Of a stretch of DNA of 64,000 nucleotides, positions 32,574 through 42,430 are shown piece by piece (within the stretch, counting starts at the first letter, position 1; the number at the start of each line of letters is the position of its first letter). Both the position numbers and the translations under genes were made by a program. The notes beneath the pieces were generated by a model. The model saw nothing but the letters and a program-made list of their open reading frames with translations, made no database searches and had not been told where the DNA came from. This stretch comes from an uncultured Spirochaetota bacterium (GTDB taxonomy: Bacteria > Spirochaetota > Spirochaetia > SZUA-6 > Fen-1364), in the NCBI GenBank assembly GCA_963820525.1, contig CAWGAA010000003.1, positions 352,779-416,778 of the forward strand. Reading direction: 5' to 3'.

Positions 32574-33257
32574 ATGCTGATAATCGAGACGAGGGCTCTG
32601 GTCAAAGACTACGGGGTCAACGGAGTCACGGTGAAAGCGCTGCGGGGAATAGACGTGGGCTTCGAGGAGGGGGAGTTCACGGCGATTGCCGGTCCCTCGG
32701 GGAGCGGAAAATCGACCCTCCTCCATCTCATCGGCTGCCTGGACACGGCCACCGCAGGGGAGATTCTCATCGACGGGCGCAATATCGCCGGCTTACGCCG
32801 CGGAGATTTATGCGGCCTTCGCAGGGACAGCATCGGCTTCATCTTCCAGTCCTACAACCTCATCCCGGTCCTCACGTCCCTGGAGAATGTATCTTTCCCT
32901 CTCACCTTGCTGGGAGAAGGCCGCAGAGCTGCCAGGGCCAAAGCAATGGAGGCTCTCCGCGTCGTGGGCTTGGGAGGGCTCGAGAACCGAAGGCCAAAGG
33001 AGCTTTCCGGCGGACAGCAGCAGCGCGTCGCCATTGCCAGGGCGCTCATCAAGAGGCCCCGGCTCATCCTGGCGGACGAGCCGACGGCCAACCTCGACTC
33101 CAAGACCGGAAGTGAGATACTCGCGCTCATGCTGGCGCTGAACGCGGAGATCAGGACCACATTTATTTTCTCAACCCACGACAAGATGGTCATGGATTTC
33201 GCGCGCAGGCTGATTCTCCTGCGTGACGGCAGGATCGTCGAGGAGCAGGAAGGATGA
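32574..33257 (+). CDS. ABC transporter ATP-binding protein (MacB/LolD-like)
   Basis: Walker A GPSGSGKST, signature LSGGQQQRVAIARAL, Walker B ILADEPT. Confidence 0.85.
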   Translation: MLIIETRALVKDYGVNGVTVKALRGIDVGFEEGEFTAIAGPSGSGKSTLLHLIGCLDTATAGEILIDGRNIAGLRRGDLCGLRRDSIGFIFQSYNLIPVLTSLENVSFPLTLLGEGRRAARAKAMEALRVVGLGGLENRRPKELSGGQQQRVAIARALIKRPRLILADEPTANLDSKTGSEILALMLALNAEIRTTFIFSTHDKMVMDFARRLILLRDGRIVEEQEG

Positions 33258-34577
33258 CGGCGGTGAAGAGACCGCGGGCGAAGCTGCTGGGCCTCGCCTT
33301 CAAGAACCTTTCACGGCACAGGGTAAAGACCGCGATCACGGTCACCGCGGTTGCACTGGGAATCGTCTCCTATCTCTACATGGACGGCTTCATCGCGGGG
33401 GTCAACACGGAGTCGCGGAGGAACCTCGTCAACTATGAAATGGGAGCGGCGAAGATATACTCCAGGGCCTATTGGGACAACAAGGACGAACTGCCCCTTT
33501 ACGAGGGCTTCAGGGGCTATCGGACCATCAGGGAGGCGCTCGAGCACGCGGGGTACAGCGTTGCGCCTCGCGCAACCTTTGTCGGTACGCTCCTCAGCCG
33601 CGAAGAGGAGCTGCCCTTCGTGTTCGCCGGCGTGGAGCCGGCCTCGGAGAAAAAGATGTTCCTGTATCCCGCCTCCATTGAGCAAGCCGAGGGGGGGCAC
33701 TTTCCCTCGGACGGGGTCTTCGAGATCCTGCTCGGCGTCAGGGGTGCAAAGGATTTGAGGGTTCGTGTCGGGGACACGGTGAGGCTCTCTACCGTCATCG
33801 ACAAGCGCGATGAGGCGGGGGTGCTGCGTCACATCAACCAGGTCATCGACCTCGTGGTGGCCGGGATCGTCAACTCTCCCGATCCGGTGGTGAACGGGTA
33901 TATGGCTTTCCTCCCTTTGAGCATTCTCCAAGACGAGATGGGCATCCTCCTGGAGGGGAGCGTCACGGGAGCTCATCATCCGGAAGGCGGGAGCCCGCGA
34001 GGACGAGCTTCCTGGCGCCTTCGAAGCGCCCGCCGTCATCGCGGCGAAGCTCGGCGACTCGCTTCCCGAGTCCCTGATGGTGGTGGGCTGGCAGGACAAC
34101 GCCAGGGACTACCTGGTCGCTTCCGCGAGCGACGTCATCCAGTCCGTGGTGTTCCTGGGGTTTTTCTTCGTCATCGTGCTCCTGGTGATCGCAAATACGG
34201 TTCTCATGGCTGTCCTGGAGCGCACCAGGGAGATCGGCATGCTGCGGGCCCTCGGGATGGGCGACGGGGCCATCGTCAGGCTCTTCTCCATAGAAACGGG
34301 ACTGATCGGATTCCTCGGGGCTCTCATCGGGATAGTCCTCTCTTTGCCGCTCAACTACTGGATGGTGAACCACGGAATCGACTATACGCGGATGATGGAG
34401 GATTCCGGAATCACCAACCTCGGTTACCGGGTGACGGGAGTTTTCAAGTCCGCCTGGAACTTCCCCACCATGGCCTGGAGCATACTCGGGGCCACGCTCC
34501 TTTCGTCGGTGACGGCGTTGTTCCCCTCGGTCAGGGCCGTCCGTATGGCGATCACGGACGCGTTCCGGACGGATTGA
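33254..34577 (+). CDS. ABC transporter permease, FtsX/MacB-type, with apparent frameshift near 33965-33972
   Basis: N-terminal part in frame of 33254 (to ...GILLEGSVTG). C-terminal FtsX 4-TM domain in the frame of ORF 34077..34577 (ELIIRKAGAREDELPGAF...MVVGWQDNARDYL...). Both belong to one permease. Confidence 0.6.
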
Positions 34578-34584
34578 AAAGGAG

Positions 34585-35898
34585 ATGGCGGGGATGAAGA
34601 ACGGCACAGAGCGGGTTGTCAAAGGCAGGCGGACGAGGAGAGGCGGCTTTTTCGCTCTCCTGGTGATCGCGCACAGGAACATCTACAGGAACAGGCGCAG
34701 GTCCGTGCTGTGCGTCGTGGCCATCGCCGTCACTGTTTTTTTCATCATCGCGCTGGCAGCATTGATGGACGGCATGATGGACACTTTCCGAAAACAGATC
34801 ATCACGTACGAGAGCGGGCATATCCTGGTCTCATCGGCGGAGTACGAGAAGAAGAGCCTCTTCATGCCCCTGCAGTATCCCCTCGAGCTGCCGGACAAGG
34901 ACCTGCCGGAGCTCGTCCGGGAGCTGGAGCAGGGCCCGAGGGTCGCCAGGGCCTTCCCCCGCATAAAGACGCGGGTCAGCATCCTCAACAGCGCGACCAA
35001 GAGCGCTCTGCTCTGGGGAATCGATATGGAGAAGGAGCTGGCCTACAACGTCTTCAACTATAAGACCCGAAACGCGGGCAAGTGCCTCGTGGAAGGCCGC
35101 TATCCGCTGCCGGATGCGAACGAGTGCGCCATCGGATTCCGTCTTGCCCGAGCCATGGGCGTGCAGGTGGGCGACAAAATCCAGATGCGCATGATCTCCG
35201 CCGAGTTCTCCGACAAGTACTATTCTCCCGTCATCGTCGGTATTATGGACCTCAATTTTTCGGAGATGGACAAGAATGCCGTCGTCATTCCTTTCTCCCG
35301 GGCGCAGAGGCTTGCATCGCTTGCCGGAAAGACTCAAGTGCTCACCGTGTATCTCAAGGACATCAATGCTGCGGACGCGGTGAGCGCGGAGCTGCAGAGG
35401 AAGTACGCGGGGTATCAGGGGCTTTCCATAAAACCCTACACACGGCATCCATACCTCACGCTCTTGAAATCGAGCGAGATCATGATGGTGATCATCTACG
35501 CGGTTTTCATGGTGGTGGCCTCGTTCCTCATCGTCAACACGGTGATCATGGTCATCCATGAGCGGATCAAGGAAATCGGCATGATGGCGGCGCTCGGGAT
35601 GACCAGGCGGGAGATCGTCGAGGTCTTTTTCCTCGAGTCCTTGGTGCTGAGCGGTCTGGGATCGGCCATGGGGGGGCTGGCGGGCGGCGTCACAACGTAC
35701 GTCCTCTCGCGCGTTCCCTTTGATATCGGTTCAATCATGGAAAGCATGATGGCGACAAACAATACGCTCTACGTCACTTTCTCTCCCGCGATCATCGTTC
35801 AGGGGCTGCTCTTCGGGCTGGTTGTATCGGGTGTGTGCACCATCCTCCCCTCCCTGAAGTCGGCCTTCGTGAAGCCGGTGGAAGCGATACGCAGATGA
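34585..35898 (+). CDS. ABC transporter permease, FtsX/MacB-type
   Basis: 437 aa. N-terminal TM, large periplasmic domain, C-terminal FtsX domain (IKEIGMMAALGMTRREIV...). Confidence 0.8.
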   Translation: MAGMKNGTERVVKGRRTRRGGFFALLVIAHRNIYRNRRRSVLCVVAIAVTVFFIIALAALMDGMMDTFRKQIITYESGHILVSSAEYEKKSLFMPLQYPLELPDKDLPELVRELEQGPRVARAFPRIKTRVSILNSATKSALLWGIDMEKELAYNVFNYKTRNAGKCLVEGRYPLPDANECAIGFRLARAMGVQVGDKIQMRMISAEFSDKYYSPVIVGIMDLNFSEMDKNAVVIPFSRAQRLASLAGKTQVLTVYLKDINAADAVSAELQRKYAGYQGLSIKPYTRHPYLTLLKSSEIMMVIIYAVFMVVASFLIVNTVIMVIHERIKEIGMMAALGMTRREIVEVFFLESLVLSGLGSAMGGLAGGVTTYVLSRVPFDIGSIMESMMATNNTLYVTFSPAIIVQGLLFGLVVSGVCTILPSLKSAFVKPVEAIRR

Positions 35899-35908
35899 GG
35901 AGGATGCC

Positions 35909-36652
35909 ATGAGAACAAACCCCGCATTGATTGCCGCCGTGGGAATAGCGTTGATTTCCGTTCTGCCCGTCGCGGCGGACGATGTGCTGACCATTGTGAG
36001 AAGGCTCGACACCAACGATGTCTATAAGACCCTCAAGGCAGAGGCCGAGTTCCTCATCCAGTTCAATGGGAAAAAGATCGTGAAGCGCTTCGCCATCCAG
36101 GCCAAGGGAGACAGGAACAGCTTCGTCGAGTTCACCAATCCCGAGGATGCGGGGACCAGGTTCCTCAAGAAGGACGGCAATCTCTTTCTCTACTCCCCGG
36201 ACGCGGAGGAGATCATTCCCATCACGGGCCACATGCTCAAGGAGTCCATGATGGGGTCGGACTTGAGCTATGAAGACACGGTCGGGAACGACACCCTCGA
36301 AAGCCTCTACGATGCGAGCATCGCCGCCGAGGCGGATTTCGATGGAAAGGCGGTGTGGGTTCTGGACTTCGTGGGAAAGAAGAAGACCATCTCCTATCCC
36401 CGGCTCAAGATGTGGGTGGACAAGGAGACGTTTATCTCTTTGAAGACCGAGCGGTATGCGCTATCGGGGGCTCTCCTGAAGGAAGAGCTGGTGCGCGAAA
36501 CCAAGGAGATCGGAGGAAGGAACTTCCCCGTCCGGGTTGAAGTGCGTGATCTGCTTCGAAAAGACTCGCGGACCGTGTTCGCCCTGAATAAGGTGGAGCT
36601 GGACACGCCCATCCCGGATAGCGTTTTCAGCATGCGGAATCTCCAGCGGTAG
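35909..36652 (+). CDS. LolA-like outer-membrane lipoprotein-sorting/carrier protein family
   Basis: 247 aa. Signal peptide, beta-rich, resembles LolA/DUF4292-type proteins found in FtsX-ABC operons. Confidence 0.6.
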   Translation: MRTNPALIAAVGIALISVLPVAADDVLTIVRRLDTNDVYKTLKAEAEFLIQFNGKKIVKRFAIQAKGDRNSFVEFTNPEDAGTRFLKKDGNLFLYSPDAEEIIPITGHMLKESMMGSDLSYEDTVGNDTLESLYDASIAAEADFDGKAVWVLDFVGKKKTISYPRLKMWVDKETFISLKTERYALSGALLKEELVRETKEIGGRNFPVRVEVRDLLRKDSRTVFALNKVELDTPIPDSVFSMRNLQR

Positions 36653-36665
36653 CAGGGAGAGGAAA

Positions 36666-37955
36666 GTGTCCAGGTTCTTGTTCCTTCTCTGGGGAGTCAC
36701 TCTCCTCTTGAGCACGCCTCCCGTGGAGGCCCAGACCCGGCCTTCCCCGCTTATCAATGGAATCTTCACCTCGCAGATAGGTGTTCTCAATGAAAGGTCG
36801 TATCCCGGCGACGGCGGATCGTTCAGCCAGGGCTGGTCCAACCTGGCCAACCTCAGATACAAGGCCGTCGTGAACGAATGGCTCAGCTTCTCGGTATCGG
36901 CAAATATCAGCGCCGAATCGGGCTTCTACGCGCAATCTCAAGCCGCGAGCGCGGGAATCGAGCTGGAACGCCTTTTCTTCAGGGCGGGAAACGAATGGGT
37001 GGAGGTGGAGGCGGGGCTGCTCAGGATCCCCCGCGGCTATGGATACGTGTTCAGCCCGATGGACCTCTTCAATGTCAGGGACCCGACTAACAGCCTGGAT
37101 CCCCAGGCGCGCCCTGCGGGGAAATGGGGAGTTCATGCCACTTTCTTTGCCGAGGACATGTGGAAAATAGAGCTTTTCGGTCTTGCCCCCGATGATCTCC
37201 TGGAAAAGGGACCGTGGGGGAGCAAGCTCGGAGCGGCCAGCACATTCTCCCTGGGAAAGGTCAATGTCGACACCCTCTTCTCCGTGTTCCTTCCCTCTCT
37301 TGAATACGGGGTCGATCCGGCAAGCCGATCTCTCCCTCCGTACACCAACAACGATTTCACGGAGGCGGCGGGATTCGCCGTCAAAGTCGATGTGGAGATC
37401 GGCCTGTACATCGAAACGGTCTACAGGATCGAGAACAGGAGTTTCGCGGAGGGCAGCTACTACGGCAAGAATCTCGCGTGGTACCGGGGCCTGGAGGCGG
37501 TTCTCGGCGCGGATTACACGATTAGCGATCTCTATCTCATGGCAGAATACCTTTTTTACGGGCCCGGACACGTGGATTGGGGCGAAAGCCTCGATGCCCT
37601 CTACACGTCGCCGAACTGGAAAAACCTCTCCCCGGCGGGCAGGCCGGCGCTCCTCGACCTCTCGATGAACCCTCTTGCCTTCGCGCGCCACGATTACCTT
37701 TTCTTGATGTCGCGATACTCGCCGGCACAGGACCTGAGCGTCGGCGTGTCATGCCTGGCCGGGCTCGACGACCTTTCGGCGCTCTTCACGGTGTTCGGCG
37801 AGTACGAGGTGGTTCAAGGGTTGACCTTGCAGGCAAGCGCGCTTTTTCCCGTGGACAGAACGCTCTCCGATTCCTCAGCTGCGCCCGGGGAATGGGGTTC
37901 CACCAACCTCGGATTCCACCAGATGTTCGGGCTGGCGGCGAAAGTGAAGTTCTGA
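36666..37955 (+). CDS. putative outer-membrane beta-barrel protein
   Basis: Signal peptide (LLLSTPPVEAQ), alternating amphipathic strands, aromatic C-terminus ...AAKVKF. Confidence 0.55.
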   Translation: MSRFLFLLWGVTLLLSTPPVEAQTRPSPLINGIFTSQIGVLNERSYPGDGGSFSQGWSNLANLRYKAVVNEWLSFSVSANISAESGFYAQSQAASAGIELERLFFRAGNEWVEVEAGLLRIPRGYGYVFSPMDLFNVRDPTNSLDPQARPAGKWGVHATFFAEDMWKIELFGLAPDDLLEKGPWGSKLGAASTFSLGKVNVDTLFSVFLPSLEYGVDPASRSLPPYTNNDFTEAAGFAVKVDVEIGLYIETVYRIENRSFAEGSYYGKNLAWYRGLEAVLGADYTISDLYLMAEYLFYGPGHVDWGESLDALYTSPNWKNLSPAGRPALLDLSMNPLAFARHDYLFLMSRYSPAQDLSVGVSCLAGLDDLSALFTVFGEYEVVQGLTLQASALFPVDRTLSDSSAAPGEWGSTNLGFHQMFGLAAKVKF

Positions 37956-38194
37956 TCCTGGACGATCTTGCAAAGTCTGTTACAATATATGGCAACCAAG
38001 CCCGACATCGGGGCCGTGGTGGCGATCAGCTTCGAAGGCCTCGCCAGGGAGGAGGCCTTGAAGATGGCGCAGCGCTTCAACTGGACAAAGATGAAGGAGT
38101 AAGTTGCCAGGCTGAAGCAGCCGCCGCGTGACGGCCGCTGGCGGTTGTCTTGTTCAGGAAACAGAGCCGTCCGCAACGCCGGGGAGAAATGGAC

Positions 38195-39076
38195 ATGTCG
38201 AAAAAAGCGCTGGGCGAGTCTCTGCTGGCCGATATTGCGGGCTTTCAGAAAAACGAGATCACCGAACATCTCATCTACCACCGGCTCTCCCGGCGCGTGA
38301 AGAGCCCGCCGAACGCGAAGCTTCTCAGAAAGATCGCGGCCGACGAAAAAGCCCACTACGATTTCTGGAAAAGCCACACCCGGCGGGAGGTGAGGCCGAG
38401 CCGCTGGAAGGTCTTCAAATACTACTGGTTGGCCAGGCTCTTCGGGGTCACTTTCGGCGTCAAGCTCATGGAGCGCGGCGAAGCCGGAGCGCAGGTCGCC
38501 TACCGGCGCGTCTTGCGAGTGATACCTCGGGCGCGCAAGATCATGGAGGACGAGGAGAAGCACGAGCACGATCTGCTGAAAGCGTTCGACGAGGAGCTTC
38601 TGCGCTACGTCGGGTCCATTGTGCTGGGGTTGAACGACGCGCTGGTCGAATTGACGGGCGCTCTGGCGGGGCTCACCTTCGCCTTGCGCAACACCCGTTT
38701 GATCGCGCTGGCCGGTCTGGTCACGGGAATCGCCGCCTCCCTGTCGATGGCCGCTTCGGAGTATCTTTCCACAAAGTCCGAGGGGGAGGGTAAAAACGCC
38801 TTGAAGAGCGCCGTCTATACCGGGGTGACGTACGTCGTCACCGTCATGCTCCTCATCGCGCCCTACCTGCTCATCTCGAGCTATCTCCTTTGCCTCCTGC
38901 TCACCCTGTCTCTTGCGGTGTTGATCATCCTTGCGTTCACCTACTATATCGCCGTTGCGAAGGACCTGCCCTTCGGCAGGAGGTTCGTGGAAATGGCCGG
39001 AATAAGCCTCACCGTGGCCGTGCTCAGCTTCGGGATCGGCTCCGTCATCCGGATTCTTCTCGGTGTCGAGGTCTAG
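38195..39076 (+). CDS. mbfA: membrane-bound ferritin-like protein MbfA family (erythrin domain fused to VIT1/CCC1 transporter)
   Basis: N-terminal rubrerythrin-like E-x-x-H pairs (DEKAHYDFW, EDEEKHEHDL); C-terminal VIT1 5-TM domain. Start at MSKKAL with RBS GGGGAG. Confidence 0.75.
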   Translation: MSKKALGESLLADIAGFQKNEITEHLIYHRLSRRVKSPPNAKLLRKIAADEKAHYDFWKSHTRREVRPSRWKVFKYYWLARLFGVTFGVKLMERGEAGAQVAYRRVLRVIPRARKIMEDEEKHEHDLLKAFDEELLRYVGSIVLGLNDALVELTGALAGLTFALRNTRLIALAGLVTGIAASLSMAASEYLSTKSEGEGKNALKSAVYTGVTYVVTVMLLIAPYLLISSYLLCLLLTLSLAVLIILAFTYYIAVAKDLPFGRRFVEMAGISLTVAVLSFGIGSVIRILLGVEV

Positions 39077-39221
39077 GATTGTCGCCTCAGGATTCCCATT
39101 TATTCATGGCGCATTCTTCATAAAAAGAGGCGCGCCATCTACCTTGCCCCGGAACGCGCCGCAGCATTCGGAATCCGGTTGCCTATACGGAGGGAAGGCT
39201 GTAGTATTTCCTGAACGGTTC

Positions 39222-40646
39222 ATGACAGCGACCATGGGTAATCGCAGAGCCAAAGCCGGGCCAAACGGGAAGCAGGATGCCACGGCCATAATCCTTGACA
39301 GCATTTCAGACGGTGTTTTCACCGTGGACGAGAGCTGGCGCATCACCTCCTTCAACCGCGCCGCCTCCGACATCACGGGGGTCGCGCGCAAGGCCGCCTT
39401 GGGCAAACCCTGCTCAGAGGTCTTTCGGGCAAGCATGTGCGAGACGGACTGCGCCCTGCGCCGCACCATCGAGTCCGGGAAACCCATTATCAACACGTCC
39501 GCCTTCATCGTGACGGCGGAGGGCCGGCGCGTTCCGATCGGCATTTCAACGGCAATACTTCGTGACGCGAAAGGCCGGGTCATCGGAGGCGTGGAAACCT
39601 TCCGGGACCTGAGCCTGGTGGAAGAGCTTCGAAAGGAGATCCAGGGGCGCCGCCAAGTGGGGGACCTGGTAAGCCGCAGCGCCGCCATGCGCCGGATATT
39701 CGACATCATCCCGCAGGTGGCGGAAAGCGACAGCACCGCCCTCATCCTCGGGGAAACGGGGACCGGCAAGGAGCTTCTGGCCCGCGCGATTCACGATTTA
39801 AGCCCCCGCCGCGAGAATCCTTTCATCGCCGTGAATTGCGGCGCCCTGCCCGACACCCTGCTTGAGTCCGAGCTGTTCGGGTACCGGGCCGGAGCCTTCA
39901 CCGGAGCGGACAAGGACAAACCCGGCAGATTCGCCCTGGCTGAAGGCGGGACGCTGTTTCTGGATGAAATCGGGGACGTGAGCCCGGCGCTCCAGGTGCG
40001 GCTGCTCAGGGTTCTCCAGGAAAAAGCCTTTGAGCCGCTGGGGGGCACGGGCTCGGTGAAAAGCGATGTCCGGATCATCGCCGCCACGAATAGAGACCTC
40101 GCCGCGGACGTCAAAAAAGGCGCGTTCCGCCGGGACCTTTTCTACCGCATCAATGTAGTCAGGATAGATCTGCCGCCGCTCAGAAAGCGCCGGGAAGACA
40201 TTCCGCTCCTGGTGGATCACTTCATCTCCCGCTTCAACAAGGTCCAGGGCAAATCCGTTTCCGGCATCGATCCGGAGGCCATGGCGCTGCTCATGGCGCA
40301 CGACTATCCCGGCAACGTCCGGGAGCTGGAGAACATCATCGAGCATGCCTTTGTGCTTTTGCGGGAAGGATCCATAGGGACGAAGCATCTCCCGGAGGAA
40401 TTCCTGGCGCGCAATCCGGCGGCACCCGCTCCCGCGGGGATGCAGTCCTCGGTGCGCGCCGCGGAAGCCCAGGCGATCCGGCAGGCCCTTTCACGGAACA
40501 ACTTCAACCGCCTTGCGGCGGCGCGGGAGCTGGGCATGCACAAGAGCACGCTCTTCAGAAAGATCAAGTCACTTGGGCTGGAGCTTTCCGATAAAAACGC
40601 CCGGACCGAACCCCGGAAAAAAGAGCTGCAAAAACGCCACCGTTGA
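39222..40646 (+). CDS. sigma54-dependent transcriptional activator (PAS sensor, AAA+ sigma54-interaction domain, Fis-type HTH)
   Basis: GAFTGA loop (ESELFGYRAGAFTGA), Walker A GETGTGKE, R-finger; C-terminal HTH ...LGMHKSTLFRKIK. Confidence 0.85.
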   Translation: MTATMGNRRAKAGPNGKQDATAIILDSISDGVFTVDESWRITSFNRAASDITGVARKAALGKPCSEVFRASMCETDCALRRTIESGKPIINTSAFIVTAEGRRVPIGISTAILRDAKGRVIGGVETFRDLSLVEELRKEIQGRRQVGDLVSRSAAMRRIFDIIPQVAESDSTALILGETGTGKELLARAIHDLSPRRENPFIAVNCGALPDTLLESELFGYRAGAFTGADKDKPGRFALAEGGTLFLDEIGDVSPALQVRLLRVLQEKAFEPLGGTGSVKSDVRIIAATNRDLAADVKKGAFRRDLFYRINVVRIDLPPLRKRREDIPLLVDHFISRFNKVQGKSVSGIDPEAMALLMAHDYPGNVRELENIIEHAFVLLREGSIGTKHLPEEFLARNPAAPAPAGMQSSVRAAEAQAIRQALSRNNFNRLAAARELGMHKSTLFRKIKSLGLELSDKNARTEPRKKELQKRHR

Positions 40647-40761
40647 ACGATCGAATAGTCGCAATTCCGCGACTGGGCTGTCACGCCGGGGGGTATCTTT
40701 CATAGCGACAACTCCTTATAGGAAAAGAGAATATATACATTCTCGACCTTCACTGGGTGAA

Positions 40762-40777
40762 TGGCACATATCTTGCA
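40762..40777 (+). promoter_or_regulatory. sigma54 (-24/-12) promoter TGGCAC-N5-TTGCA
   Basis: TGGCACATATCTTGCA with GG-N10-GC spacing, about 25 nt upstream of ATG 40802. Embedded in a duplicated about 140-bp module (see findings). Confidence 0.65.
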
Positions 40778-40801
40778 AACTCTGGCAATGAGACCGCCGT
40801 C

Positions 40802-41821
40802 ATGAAAGCGCCAATATCCACATGGCATCGCAACCGCCGGCGGGGATGCTCACAACGCGGGGAGGAGGATCTCGCCTCGCAGATGATTGTCTTCGGTCCC
40901 GTTCCTTCCCGGCGGCTCGGGCGGAGCCTGGGAGTGAACAACATCCCGCCCAAGCACTGCAGCTACTCTTGCGTCTACTGCCAAGTGGGGCGTACCCGCC
41001 ATTCGACGGTGGAGCGCCATACCTTCTACGAACCTCGGGACATACTGGCCGAGGCCCGTGCCCGGCTGGAACTCCTGCGCGCCGCCGGCGAGAAGGTCGA
41101 CTACCTGAGCTTCGTGCCGGACGGCGAGCCGGCCCTGGACGGCAACCTTGGGCTCTCGATCGAGCTGCTGCGGACGCTGAAGGTTCCGGTGGCCGTGATC
41201 ACCAACGCCTCGCTGATCGACAGCAGGGAGGTGAGGCGGGAGCTGTGCCTGGCGGACTGGGTCAGCCTGAAGGTGGACGCCGCCGCCGAGCGGCCCTGGC
41301 GGCGGGTCAACCGTCCGCACCGCTCGCTGCGCCTGCCCGCCTTGCGGGAGGGAATGCTGGCCTTCGCCGCCGGGTTCACGGGGCGCCTGGTCACCGAGAC
41401 CATGCTGGTGCAGGGGGTCAACGACGCACCGGAACAGCTCGCCGAAACCGCGGGTTTCCTGAGCCGTCTCGGGCCGGCCGTCGCCTACATCTCCGCGCCG
41501 ATACGCCCGCCGGCCGAATCCTGGGTCACGGCGCCGGAGCCCGGCGTCGTGCTGCAAGCCTACAAGATGTTCACCGCCAATGGCCTGTCCGTGGAGCTGC
41601 TGACCGGCAGCGAAGGCGACGACTTCCGCGGCAGCGGAAGCGCCGAAGAGGACCTGCTGGCCATCACCGCCGTGCACCCCATGCGCCGCCAGGCGGTGGA
41701 AGGTCTGCTGCAGCGCTGCGGCGCCGGCTGGTCGGTGGTCCAGGATCTGCTGGACCGGGGACGCCTTGCGGAGAGTCGTTACGAGGGGGAGACATTCTAC
41801 TTGAGACGGTTCCCGCGATAG
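40802..41821 (+). CDS. radical SAM protein (CxxxCxxC; GPVPSRRLGRSLG N-terminal family)
   Basis: CSYSCVYCQ cluster. The first 27 codons (MKAPISTW...) mimic the NifX-like gene start at 46815. The native start may be ATG 40883 (MIVFGPVPSRRLG). Confidence 0.75.
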   Translation: MKAPISTWHRNRRRGCSQRGEEDLASQMIVFGPVPSRRLGRSLGVNNIPPKHCSYSCVYCQVGRTRHSTVERHTFYEPRDILAEARARLELLRAAGEKVDYLSFVPDGEPALDGNLGLSIELLRTLKVPVAVITNASLIDSREVRRELCLADWVSLKVDAAAERPWRRVNRPHRSLRLPALREGMLAFAAGFTGRLVTETMLVQGVNDAPEQLAETAGFLSRLGPAVAYISAPIRPPAESWVTAPEPGVVLQAYKMFTANGLSVELLTGSEGDDFRGSGSAEEDLLAITAVHPMRRQAVEGLLQRCGAGWSVVQDLLDRGRLAESRYEGETFYLRRFPR

Positions 41822-41885
41822 ATCGACAAGGAGAGATCATGGAAAAACGCCTTCATGCGCTGCGGTGCGGCACCGCTCTCTCGGT

Positions 41886-42341
41886 TCAGTCGTAGTCCAT
41901 ACGGGTTTTCTCGTCGGAAAGGCTTGGAGCGATCATCCGTTGCCATTGGTCGCTCTTCCAGGTACCCAGTCGAGCGTGGCCGGTGTAGTACTTCTGGGGA
42001 ATCGGATGAGTGCCGATCTTGACGTCGACTCCGTATTTTTGCACGAGAAATTCGACGAAAAAAGATAGCCGGGGGCACGGGGGGTAGCCCACCACCATGC
42101 CGGTGGCCAGGTGGATGACCTCCGCTCCATTGCGGATCATCTCGGCCGGGGCATACTCGATGTTTCCGCCGGGACATCCCCCGCAACTGGTATAACCCAC
42201 CAGTTCAACCTCGCAGTCCCGATAGATGCCGAACGCCCCCTCCCGCCGGCGGAGCGCTCGAAAACACTTGCCCCCGGCGCAGGTAGCGTAGCGGCTGCAA
42301 ATGATGATGCCGATCTTTTTCGTCTTCGTTTCCATTGTCAT
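41886..42341 (-). CDS. CGGC domain-containing protein
   Basis: Cys-rich with CGGCPGG motif (TSCGGCPGGNIEYA). Start taken at MTMETK. Confidence 0.6.
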   Translation of the reverse strand: MTMETKTKKIGIIICSRYATCAGGKCFRALRRREGAFGIYRDCEVELVGYTSCGGCPGGNIEYAPAEMIRNGAEVIHLATGMVVGYPPCPRLSFFVEFLVQKYGVDVKIGTHPIPQKYYTGHARLGTWKSDQWQRMIAPSLSDEKTRMDYD

Positions 42342-42430
42342 GTTTTTAGTGTACGGGGCGCAATTCTCCGTTGTCAATCGCGGCAATCATGCGGCGTGTG
42401 TGTTGCCGGGCAAGCCCTTAAGCGAAGAGG

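Noticed and set aside
33311-34099. 262-aa minus-strand ORF antisense to the ABC permease
   Set aside because: Wrong-strand artefact. The plus strand encodes clear FtsX/MacB homology.
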